Below are positions 8,582 to 17,635 of a stretch of DNA of 61,902 bases, piece by piece. Each line of letters begins with the position of its first letter. Within the stretch, counting starts at the first letter, position 1. Source of the DNA: Chthoniobacteraceae bacterium (lineage in GTDB: Bacteria; Verrucomicrobiota; Verrucomicrobiia; Chthoniobacterales; Chthoniobacteraceae). A program made the position numbers and the translations under genes. The notes beneath the pieces are model-generated. The model did no database searches and was not told where the DNA came from. It worked only from the letters and a program-made list of their open reading frames with translations. The DNA lies in NCBI GenBank assembly GCA_031409335.1, contig JANNWY010000161.1, forward strand, positions 1 to 61,902. Direction: 5' to 3'.

Positions 8582-11398
8582 TCACTTCTTGACCACCGCG
8601 GGCGGCTCAAGTTCCGGGGCGCCGGGACGTTGCAGGTCGTAGATGACGGTGGCTTGCGCGGCGTGATCGGCGGCGGGGTTGGCGCGGCGGGCGATGGCGA
8701 CGGCGCGGTCGCGGGCGTTGTCGTCGGGGCGGTAACGTTCGTGCAGTTTGCGGTGTTCGGCAGCTTTGGCTTCGTCGCCGAGCTGGCTGTGGATCAGCAT
8801 CAGGTTGTAGTGCGCGGTCACGTTTTCGGAGTCGATCGCGAGGGTGTTTTCAAATCGCTCCTTTGCCAGCCCGAGCCATTGTTTGCGCGCTTCTTCGGAG
8901 TCGCGCTCGACGTTCGCGCGTTCGATGAGCGTCTGCCCGAGTTCGTTGATGACTTCGTAGTCCTTGCTGAAATCGAACCCGCGTTGGTCGAGTTCCGGGT
9001 AGCGATCCTCCAGCACGCTGCGGAATGCGGCGATGGCGGGATCGAGATAGCCGTTCGCCTTGTTCACGAGGCCGGTGAACCACGCGACCTGCCACGCGGG
9101 CGCGGGCGGATCGGCTTTCGACGCGCGCTGGAGCGCACCCACCGCATCATCGAGCCGGCCTTCTTTCAAATAGACCCGCGCGAGATTCACCGGGCCGTCG
9201 TAGCGCTTTAGCTTTTCGACTTCGGTGAAGGCTTCCGCCGACTGGATCAACTGCCCTTTTTCACTGCCTTTGTCGCCCTCAAGCAGCAGCCCGATCCCGT
9301 AGTCGTTCCACCGCTGCCAGAGCGGGATCTTCGACTCCTCGTTCGCGACGGCGACTGCACCGCCTTCGATCGAGAAGGTGATTTTGTCCGACGCAATCGT
9401 CGTCACCGGCAAATCGTTGTCCCGCGCTTTGCCATAAACGTAATGCATGTACTTCGTGTCGAACTTCCGATACTGGAGCTTCACCTCGACGGTGATCGGC
9501 TCCGTCTGTCCGTCCGGCACGCGGAAACTGTAGTGGCCGACCTGCGCCGCGCCGGGCGGAATCTGGTGATTGTAAAGCGGCGTGAAAATGTCCTGCGCAT
9601 TGCGCCGGTCGATGCGGTTCCCGTCCCGATCGAGCATGTAGATGTTCAAAAAGTGCGCCCACGGATCGACCTCATTCGCCGGGCCAAATCCGCCGCTGCG
9701 GCCCAGCGTGCGCGCGCCGCTCGTGACCTTGACGTCGAGCCACACTTCATTGGAATCCGCCGTCCCCTGCGTGAAGGGATGCCCCAGCTTCAGCGTGCGC
9801 ACCACGGCTTCGAGCAGATACTTCGCGCCAGGCTTGAGCGCCGGCACTTGCGGACGCAGCGGCGCGATCAGTTTGCCCTCGATCGTGCCGCCCTCGCGCA
9901 CGGCGAAGAGATCGACGCGAAGCGTGTCTTTCAGAAAATCCTGGTGCCGCTTCACGATCGTCGGTTCGCCGCGGAGGTAGGCGATGCCGGTGTTGGCGGC
10001 GGGGAAAAGGTGATCGTGAACCTTGAGTTCGTTTGGCTTCAGCGGATCGAAAAACTTCGCGCCGAAATCGTTCGAGGTCTGCAAAGGCATGTGGCATTCG
10101 GCGCAGTTCGACTTCGCTTTTTCCGGGTAGTAAAAGCTGCGCGCCCCGTGGCCGGAGACGCCGCTGAGGAGATAGGTGTCGTAGTGATTCTGCCCGCGCA
10201 GGAATTCCTTGTAGTGGTTCAGTTCATAAGGCAGGCCGACCTTGTGGCAGGTCGAGCAATACTCGGCGGTCTTATGCAGCGGCTTGAGGAAGGTGGCCTT
10301 GTGAAACTCCGGCTTCGCCTTCACGAGCAGGCGATTCACCTGCTTGAGCACCGCATTTTCACTGGTGGCGAATGGGTAGTGGACCGGCTCTTCGATGGTA
10401 TAGTCCGCGTTGCCGCGCGTGCTATTCACATGGGTGATCGCATGGCAAACCGTGCAGGTGATCCCGGCCTGTGAGGTCGGATGTTTTTCGAGATCGAAAT
10501 CCGGGTCGTCAAATGCGCCGCTGAAGAACGGCACGGGATCGTGGCAGCCCGCGCACCACCGCGCCGCCTTCACGCTGCCATCCCGCTCGAGCGCGACCTT
10601 GCGAGTTTCACGGACGCTTTCGAGATACGGTTTGTTGTTGAACGAACTGAAGTGGTGCGCGCTGTGAAACCAGCCGTCGTAAACGTCCTTGTGACATTCC
10701 ATGCAGTAGGAATCCATCATCAGCGTCTTCGCCGGGATGAAGTTGCCCGTCGCCGTCCGCGCGAGCGATGGCTGGAAATATTGCTCGCCCTCCACCGGCC
10801 CGGCCACGTTCCACTTCCGCGGATCCTGCGTGTGCATGGCCACCAGGCCGCCGACCACCGCGACGATCGCGACCGCCCATTTCAAACCTGCCTGCCACTT
10901 GATCCGCGGCCCGGCGAGCCGGTGCAAAATATAGAGCCAGATCGCGAGCAATGGCGTGAGCACATGCGCCCAGTAAAGCGCGGTGCGGAAGAGCGGATTC
11001 TTGATGTCGAACCCGCCCACGCGCATCAGCGCGACGCCGGAGAGCAGCAGCACGACGCTGACTCCGAAAAGGAGGTAACCGACGACCACCGCGCGGCGAT
11101 TCGCGCGGCCTCGCGTCGCGCGGATGTGCGCGGCGGAAAAAATGACGAACGGCACCAGCAGCACGATCCCCACGACGAGGTGGGCGAGGAACATGATCTG
11201 GTAGAAATAATTCTGGTACGAAAACCCGCGCGTCCATTCGAGGAAAGTGATCGCGCTGAGGTAGAGCGAGTTCGCACCGAGCAGCGCGGTGAGCGCGAAA
11301 AGCGTGACGAGTACGATGCGCAGGCGCGGGCTGACGGCGCGGATGTATTTGCGGCGCGCGGGCGGAGGCGTGCTGGCGGAAGGGTGGGAGTCGGCCAT
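8582..11398 (-). CDS. Membrane-anchored multiheme cytochrome c (5 CxxCH) with His-containing TM domain and C-terminal TPRs
   Basis: About five N-terminal hydrophobic helices with His residues (LAHLVV, AAHIR, WAHVL, ILHRL). Heme motifs are CMECH, CAGCH, CTVCH, CSTCH and CAECH. The C-terminus is TPR-like. Confidence 0.88.
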   Translation of the reverse strand: MADSHPSASTPPPARRKYIRAVSPRLRIVLVTLFALTALLGANSLYLSAITFLEWTRGFSYQNYFYQIMFLAHLVVGIVLLVPFVIFSAAHIRATRGRANRRAVVVGYLLFGVSVVLLLSGVALMRVGGFDIKNPLFRTALYWAHVLTPLLAIWLYILHRLAGPRIKWQAGLKWAVAIVAVVGGLVAMHTQDPRKWNVAGPVEGEQYFQPSLARTATGNFIPAKTLMMDSYCMECHKDVYDGWFHSAHHFSSFNNKPYLESVRETRKVALERDGSVKAARWCAGCHDPVPFFSGAFDDPDFDLEKHPTSQAGITCTVCHAITHVNSTRGNADYTIEEPVHYPFATSENAVLKQVNRLLVKAKPEFHKATFLKPLHKTAEYCSTCHKVGLPYELNHYKEFLRGQNHYDTYLLSGVSGHGARSFYYPEKAKSNCAECHMPLQTSNDFGAKFFDPLKPNELKVHDHLFPAANTGIAYLRGEPTIVKRHQDFLKDTLRVDLFAVREGGTIEGKLIAPLRPQVPALKPGAKYLLEAVVRTLKLGHPFTQGTADSNEVWLDVKVTSGARTLGRSGGFGPANEVDPWAHFLNIYMLDRDGNRIDRRNAQDIFTPLYNHQIPPGAAQVGHYSFRVPDGQTEPITVEVKLQYRKFDTKYMHYVYGKARDNDLPVTTIASDKITFSIEGGAVAVANEESKIPLWQRWNDYGIGLLLEGDKGSEKGQLIQSAEAFTEVEKLKRYDGPVNLARVYLKEGRLDDAVGALQRASKADPPAPAWQVAWFTGLVNKANGYLDPAIAAFRSVLEDRYPELDQRGFDFSKDYEVINELGQTLIERANVERDSEEARKQWLGLAKERFENTLAIDSENVTAHYNLMLIHSQLGDEAKAAEHRKLHERYRPDDNARDRAVAIARRANPAADHAAQATVIYDLQRPGAPELEPPAVVKK

Positions 11399-11590
11399 GA
11401 ATCGAAAAGACTTCGAGCGGATCGAAAGAAAAATCTCAATCTTTCAAAAGAACTTACTTCAAATGAGTGGCCAACGTCTGGGGCGGCGGGGCAAGACGGC
11501 TTGGAATTGGGGTAAAAGGATGGCGGCAAAAATCGCGACGTTCGGGCTTGGAATCGCCCTGGAAATCGCGATTAGCTGCTTCTGGAAAAA

Positions 11591-14500
11591 ATGATTACTC
11601 CCGACGCTTCAACCATCAGCCTTCGCATCGCGCTGGTGCTGTTCGTCGCCATCAGCGGCTGCTCCAAGAAGCCACCGCCGCCACCGCCGACTGCGGTCAG
11701 CACGGAGTTGATGCCTGCGCTTGTCGCCGGGATGAATGCCTTCGAGCAGGGCGCGGTGAAGGACGCGCTGGCGAATTTCACGAAAGCCGCGGAGCTTCAG
11801 CCAACGCTGTACGAGGTGCAGCTCAACCTCGCCAACACCCAGCTGCGCGGCGACATGCCGGAGCCCGCGATCACCGCGGCGGATGCGGCGCTGCACATCA
11901 ACAAGGATTCCGCTGCCGCGTATTACGTGAGGGCCTGCGCGCACCTCCGGCTCGGGCGGCCGACCGATGCCGTGAAGGATTTCCAGCAGTCAATCCGGCT
12001 CGATCCCAAAGTGGCTGCCGCGCATTTCCAACTCGGCCACGCCTATCTCGGGCTCGCGCAAAATGCGGACGCGGCGGCGGAGTTTCGGGAAACGGCGAAG
12101 CTCGAGCCGGGGCATCGCGCGACGTACTACGGCTTGTCGCAAGCGCTGACGCGGCTCGGCCAGGCGGACGAGGCGGCGGCGGCGCTCGCGCGGCATCAGG
12201 AGCTGACCACGGGGCAGTTGTCCTCGCTGAACAGCGCGACGTTTTTTGAAAAGTGTGCGCACACCGAAATCCTGCTGCCCGCGGTCGAGACGGAAAATCC
12301 GGCGGCGGACGGGATCAAGGTGGCGTTCGTGGATGCGACCGCGGAATTTTTTGGCGGCAAAACGTTTCGCGGTCCCGCGGGAATCATCGACTTGGAGAAG
12401 AAATTTCAGCACGGCCTGATCGCGTTCGATGAGTCGGGACTTCGCGTGCTGCAAAACAGCGGCGGGAAACTCGCGGCGGTCGGCGAGCCGCTGCCAGCCT
12501 TGCCGGGCGCGCGCTATTCGGAATGCTTGATCGGCGATTTGAACAACGATCATGCCGATGATGCGGTGCTGCTTTCCGACAAAGGCGCGCAGGTGCTGAA
12601 CGTCGCGGCGGACGGCGCGCTGCGCGACATCACGCGCTCCGCGCGGATCGGCGGGCTCATTGCCAAGAGCGCGGCGTTGGTGGATTTCGATTTCACCGGA
12701 AAGCTCGGCCTCGCCGCGGTGACGACGAGCGGTTCGGTGAAGCTGTTTCGCAACGAAGGGCCGGGGCGTTTTGGCGAAGTGACCGCGAAAACTCCGCAAC
12801 TGCTCACGATCTCCGGCGCGTCAGATATTTTCCCGGACGATTGGGATGGCGACGACCGCCCGGATCTTTTCATCGCGCGCGCCGGCTCGGTGCCGCAGCT
12901 CATCGGCAACAAACCGCGCGCCGCGGACGCCGGTCCCGAGGCTCCCGCGAGCTGGCCGGAATCCGGCGCGATCGCCGTCGCGGACATGGACAACGACTTT
13001 CACACCGACCTGATCGCGAATGCGGCGGAAGGCATGGAATGCATCTACGGCGACGGGCAGCGGCGCGCGTCGATCGCGAAAGGCGAGCAAAAGGTGACGA
13101 GTTTTGCGCTCGTCGATTACGACAACGACGGCTGGCTCGACCTCCTCGCGGCGAGCGGCGATGGGCTGCGCGCGTGGCGGAATCTCGGTGGTGCGGGCTT
13201 TCGCGAGACGACGGCAACGCTCGGCTTCAAACTCGGCGCGGTGGTGCGCGTGAAGGCCGCGGATTTCGACAACGACGGCGACAGCGACTTGCTCGCGGAA
13301 CTGGCGACGGGCGAATTGCGGATGCTGCGCAACGACGGCGGCAACGCGAATTTGCAGATGAAATTTCGCCTGCCCGGCAAACGCTCGAACGCCACCGGGC
13401 TCGGCACGCGCGTGGAGCTGCGCGCGGGTGGCTGGAAGACGATCCGCACGGTGCGTGCGCTGCCGATCGAGATCGGCGTGGGCAACCGCAAGATGATTGA
13501 CACGGTGCGGCTGCATTGGACGGATCTGCTCGCGAATTTCGGCAGCGCCGCCGCCGATCCCGCCAAGCCGCTCGTGATTTCCGAACTCGAATTGCCGACC
13601 GGCTCGTGTCCGAATCTCTATGCGTGGGATGGGAAAAAGTTTCGCTTCATCACCGACTTTCTCGGCGCGTCGCCGATCGGTTTGCCGCTCAGCGAATCGC
13701 ATTTCGTGGAAGCGGACAGCGAGGAACTGCTGCGCATCGGCGACGACCGGACCTGCCCGCCGCGCGATGGCGCATTCTCGATCGCGGTCACATCGGAGCT
13801 GCGCGAAGTGCTTTACCTCGATGAAGCAAAGCTGCTCGTCGTCGATCATCCGCCGGGGACGGAAGTCCACTCGACGAGCAAGCTGCGGCCCGGCAAACCG
13901 TTTCCCGCGCCGGACCTCGTGCAGCTTTCCGGACGGCACGCACTTTTGCATGCGAAGCACAGCGATGGCCTCGATGTCACGCTCGCCGCGAAGGATGCGG
14001 ACGGTAAAATGGTTTCGCCCGCGGCGCTGCGCGCGCCGCAACTGCGCGGACTCGCCGAACCGTGGAGCGTGGAACTTGATTTCGGCAGGATCGACCGCGC
14101 CTCGGCACCCGTGCTCGTGCTCACGGGCTGGCTGCGGTTTGGCGGCGGCATGGCAAATATCGCGGGATCGCACGACGCGGATTTGCCGTTCCCATTTCCC
14201 CAACTCGAAGCGGAAAACGCCGATGGAAAGTGGGTGAAGCTCGACGTGATCGTCGGCGCGCCCGCGGGCAAAACGAAAACGATCCTCGTCGATCTCGCGG
14301 AAAAACTGCCCGTCGGCGTCCAGCGTCTCCGCCTATCCACCGCGTTCGAGATTCACTGGGATCGCATCGCGCTTTTTTCCCGCGACCTTGCCGCGCCAAA
14401 ACCCACGACGCTCGCCGCCGCTCGCGCCGATCTGCACTGGCACGGCTTTGGCGAATACGAAGCCCTGCCCGCCGACCAGCCGCTCACGCCGAGCCACGAA

Positions 14501-14884
14501 AATGTGAAGCAGGAAGCGCCGTGGCGCATCACCCCGAGCGGCTGGTGTACGCGCTACGGCGATGTGCGCCCGCTCATCGCCACACGCGACGACGCGCTCG
14601 CGCTGCTGAACGGCGGCGATGAAATCACGCTGGATTTCCCGATGGCAAAACTCGCCCCAAAACCCGCCGGCTGGACGCGCAGCCTGTTCTTCTTTTCCTC
14701 CGGCTGGGACAAGGATTCCGACAACAACGTGGCGCACGGCTGGACCGTCGAGCCGCTGCCATTCCACGGGATGGACAGTCAACGCTACGGCCAGCAGTCG
14801 CGCCCGGCAGTCCCCGGCGATGACCTGATGGAGCCCGTCACCACGCGTTGGGTCGGGCCGACGATGCTCTCGCGAGAAAAGTGA
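11591..14884 (+). CDS. Lipoprotein with TPR, FG-GAP repeats, ASPIC/UnbV and an uncharacterised C-terminal domain
   Basis: Lipobox ISG-C, N-terminal TPRs, DxDxDG repeats (DYDNDGWLDL, ADFDNDGDSDL), SNATGLGTRVEL ASPIC motif, then the GSCPNLYAWDG... domain. Confidence 0.88.
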   Translation: MITPDASTISLRIALVLFVAISGCSKKPPPPPPTAVSTELMPALVAGMNAFEQGAVKDALANFTKAAELQPTLYEVQLNLANTQLRGDMPEPAITAADAALHINKDSAAAYYVRACAHLRLGRPTDAVKDFQQSIRLDPKVAAAHFQLGHAYLGLAQNADAAAEFRETAKLEPGHRATYYGLSQALTRLGQADEAAAALARHQELTTGQLSSLNSATFFEKCAHTEILLPAVETENPAADGIKVAFVDATAEFFGGKTFRGPAGIIDLEKKFQHGLIAFDESGLRVLQNSGGKLAAVGEPLPALPGARYSECLIGDLNNDHADDAVLLSDKGAQVLNVAADGALRDITRSARIGGLIAKSAALVDFDFTGKLGLAAVTTSGSVKLFRNEGPGRFGEVTAKTPQLLTISGASDIFPDDWDGDDRPDLFIARAGSVPQLIGNKPRAADAGPEAPASWPESGAIAVADMDNDFHTDLIANAAEGMECIYGDGQRRASIAKGEQKVTSFALVDYDNDGWLDLLAASGDGLRAWRNLGGAGFRETTATLGFKLGAVVRVKAADFDNDGDSDLLAELATGELRMLRNDGGNANLQMKFRLPGKRSNATGLGTRVELRAGGWKTIRTVRALPIEIGVGNRKMIDTVRLHWTDLLANFGSAAADPAKPLVISELELPTGSCPNLYAWDGKKFRFITDFLGASPIGLPLSESHFVEADSEELLRIGDDRTCPPRDGAFSIAVTSELREVLYLDEAKLLVVDHPPGTEVHSTSKLRPGKPFPAPDLVQLSGRHALLHAKHSDGLDVTLAAKDADGKMVSPAALRAPQLRGLAEPWSVELDFGRIDRASAPVLVLTGWLRFGGGMANIAGSHDADLPFPFPQLEAENADGKWVKLDVIVGAPAGKTKTILVDLAEKLPVGVQRLRLSTAFEIHWDRIALFSRDLAAPKPTTLAAARADLHWHGFGEYEALPADQPLTPSHENVKQEAPWRITPSGWCTRYGDVRPLIATRDDALALLNGGDEITLDFPMAKLAPKPAGWTRSLFFFSSGWDKDSDNNVAHGWTVEPLPFHGMDSQRYGQQSRPAVPGDDLMEPVTTRWVGPTMLSREK

Positions 14885-15071
14885 CAGGTAGGAACCAGGC
14901 ACCTTATCAGCACAGGAACGGGTGGAACCTGCGGAAAGTGTCGCCCCCATAGCACTGCGCCATCACGTCCCAGCGAGTGATGCCTTTTGCCGCCATCCGC
15001 ACGCGAGTGGTCCCAATTTACCATTGAGAGCGAAACGCTTTGGAGTGCCCTCGCGCGAGCGGTGCCGCAAA

Positions 15072-15135
15072 GTAGTCCACGACTTCAGTCAGCCAAACCA
15101 TGGCCAAGTTTTGGATCACTGAAGTCGCGAACTAC
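15072..15135. repeat. GTAG-type REP doublet (inverted pair)
   Basis: Left arm gtagtccacgacttcagt (15072-15089). Right arm actgaagtcgcgaactac (15118-15135) has reverse complement gtagttcgcgacttcagt, a 16/18 match. Inner ccaaa/tttgg pairing extends the stem. Confidence 0.75.
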
Positions 15136-15301
15136 TGTCGTCAGCGCCGTGCGATGCACGTCTCACTGGAGTCTTTGTTCTTTCTCAATGCGCCAAAGGC
15201 CAGCGCGCCTAACGACAACTGGCTACTGCTGATACCAGACTATTACCTTTTCCTGCCCGCTGCTAAAGACGATGCAGCGCGAGTGATTGACCCAAATGTA
15301 C

Positions 15302-16192
15302 TTAGCCTAGGACAGTAGCTACGCTTCGCCCTGACCGGCGGCGGCCAATTGCGCACGCTCCCATCAACCCCAAACCAAACACGGCCGTGCCGGGCTCTGG
15401 AACGCAGGGTGGTTGGGACCCGTCCGGACAAAGAACAACAACCCCGCTGCGAACTTCATACTTATACATGCCGCCTGGTAAGCCCGCGGTGCTGTTGTTG
15501 ACGAGACCAGTCGCAAGATTCGTGTCGAGGAATGATCCCGGCACGAGTGAACCTGCCAATTGAGTCGTAATATTGCCCGGTCCGGCCACGCCATTCGAGA
15601 AGCCAACCAGCGCGGAGTTTCCGCCCAACCCGTTAGTTCCTCCGCTGGCACCGCCCGTCTCCCATTCAATTTGATCGTAGTTGAAACAGATATCGAAGTC
15701 CCCTGGAGCGATATCCTCGCGCTCTACCAGAATTACTTGGAATTTGTTCAATTTGTTTGTCTGGTTAGCGAAGTAACCGACCCCGGCCCCATCCCAAGTC
15801 GCCCCAAATGCGCGATGTCCGCCGAACTGGGCCAAATTCGTGGCCTGCCCGTATCGAAGGATGTCCGACCCGGCACCCCTCGTGTCCACATCTCCAAAAA
15901 ACGGCGCGATAATTGTCTGATTCAGCGTTAACAGACTGGGCGTAAACGTGGAGAGGGCGGCGGCAAAGGTCAGGTTGCCGTTGTTGTTTACAAAAAGGTT
16001 GGTCCAATTGCCTCCATAGTTGATCGGATTGCTGAAGCCGATGGCCACCGATCCGGTCGAACCGTCATCGTTTGCCGGAAGATTGTTGGTATTCCAACCG
16101 TCGTAAAGAACAATCGCGGCATGCGAAGTATCGGCCGATTTTCCAAGAAAGAGCGCGATAGCGCCGACAATGACAAGTGGTTTCAGTTTCAT
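15302..16192 (-). CDS. Nidogen-like (NIDO) domain PEP-CTERM surface protein
   Basis: Signal peptide, NDDGST...NLFVNNNGNLTF...IIAPFFGDVDTRG...NKFQVIL...FNYDQIEWETG (NIDO signature), then C-terminal VPEP + hydrophobic helix + RRR. Confidence 0.9.
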   Translation of the reverse strand: MKLKPLVIVGAIALFLGKSADTSHAAIVLYDGWNTNNLPANDDGSTGSVAIGFSNPINYGGNWTNLFVNNNGNLTFAAALSTFTPSLLTLNQTIIAPFFGDVDTRGAGSDILRYGQATNLAQFGGHRAFGATWDGAGVGYFANQTNKLNKFQVILVEREDIAPGDFDICFNYDQIEWETGGASGGTNGLGGNSALVGFSNGVAGPGNITTQLAGSLVPGSFLDTNLATGLVNNSTAGLPGGMYKYEVRSGVVVLCPDGSQPPCVPEPGTAVFGLGLMGACAIGRRRSGRSVATVLG

Positions 16193-16540
16193 AAAGTGGA
16201 TTAAGCTTGGTTTTGGATTCCCGCGTTTCACAGACAGCTCTGAACCGCCAGAACTTCTGCTTTCTGATCAAAAGTAATATCTATGACGAAGGATCTTGGA
16301 TAGTTGGTCTATACCTTAAAAAAATGTCGGCGCTTGTCCTACATTCAAGGCGACTACATGCATTCAATTCTTCTCGCCGAATCAGCGAAACGCGATTGCA
16401 AAGGCTGTTCACGGTTGTCCGCTTTCAAATGCTCGCCGACGCACAATAACGTTGCGCATTGCAGCACGCTTGCTCATCTACCTGCCGATGTGTTGGCCTC
16501 CGGTCCTTTTATTTTGGCCCAGTGCTTTGCGATTTTTGCG

Positions 16541-17314
16541 ATGAAACGCGCCGACCGGGCCATTTCAATATCTGCTGTTTCTGTTGCGCTGGTCATTTCG
16601 CTGGTGCTAACGCTCGCGCCCCGCGTTTGCGAGCCTTGTCAAGCTGCGGCAGTCACCCTCCTGTCGGGTCGATTGAGCATCGTCGGTGTAGTCTTTTACC
16701 TGCTGTTGCTGATGATCGCTTTTGTCCCGCGATTCTGCCGCTTCACATTACCTCTGCTGGCCTTCGCAGGCGGTGCGCATGCCGTGTTCCTCCATAGTCT
16801 TTTCCGGGACCGCTACTCGTGCCCGTTGTGTGTTGCGGTCGCTGGTTGCGTGTGGATTGCGTTACTCGTGTTGCTGGTCCGCGAGTCGCGCTGGCGTGGT
16901 CTAAATCTCGCGTTCCTTGTTCTTGGAGCGGTGGCGGCTTTTGGCCTGATCGGTGCCGGCGAACTCGTCTCCAAGAAGGTGCAGGAGACGCGGGTGAAAA
17001 ATGCGGCGGCCGAAGCGCTCCGACAATTTCCTTCCGAGCCGGGGGTTTTGTCGGTGGTGATCGTGCGGAGGCTCAGTTGTCCGATCTGCAAACAACTGGA
17101 GGACGAGGTTTCATGGATCGCCAACGATTTCAGAAACCAAGTGAGCGTTCACTACATGGAGGCGGCACCGAAGCTGCCGGTGCCAATCGTCGTAGTCATG
17201 CACGACCCGCCGGTGGTTTTCTCGGGCAAGCCAACACCTTTTGAACTCCGGCGTGCAATCGAAGGCAGTTTGGAGAAACAGTTGAAATCACAGCCGCTGC
17301 CGGAAGCGAAGTAG
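16541..17314 (+). CDS. VKOR-like membrane protein fused to a thioredoxin-like domain
   Basis: Several TM helices with a loop Cys pair (CEPC), GVVFY helix, CPLC at the start of a TM helix (VKOR-like active site), and a soluble C-terminal domain with CPIC and a VP motif. Confidence 0.65.
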   Translation: MKRADRAISISAVSVALVISLVLTLAPRVCEPCQAAAVTLLSGRLSIVGVVFYLLLLMIAFVPRFCRFTLPLLAFAGGAHAVFLHSLFRDRYSCPLCVAVAGCVWIALLVLLVRESRWRGLNLAFLVLGAVAAFGLIGAGELVSKKVQETRVKNAAAEALRQFPSEPGVLSVVIVRRLSCPICKQLEDEVSWIANDFRNQVSVHYMEAAPKLPVPIVVVMHDPPVVFSGKPTPFELRRAIEGSLEKQLKSQPLPEAK

Positions 17315-17635
17315 CTCAGAGCGTGTTTTATAGCTCACGCTGACACGGCGGCAACTCTCGTTCCCGGCGCAAAAGCAGTGGAGCCGGATTTCCTCCCGCG
17401 TGCGAAACGCATCTGGGGAGAACGTCCGCCCGGCGAAATCGTCTCAGCCTGCCTGGTTCGAACCTTGGGCTGCGCAAATCTCACTGGCCCCGGTGTCACG
17501 ATGGGCGGCGCGATGCAAGCGAGCGAGGCTGGCTGACAGTTTTGTCACAATTACGCGACGAATTTTGGGTGCGGACCGGCATTCGTCCGCTACGCTTTGC
17601 GGAACTGATGGCAGTCGCCGTCGGAAATCCGCCTT

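Noticed and set aside
14885..15300. Short ORFs as possible RiPP precursors for the halogenase/monooxygenase cluster
   Set aside because: They overlap each other and the REP hairpin, and show no leader/core pattern or convincing RBS.
17318..17329. agagcgtgtttt, resembling an IS/MITE end at the right edge of the islet
   Set aside because: No matching inverted copy was found in the intergenic DNA around the islet. The similar inverted word near 18935 lies inside a CDS.
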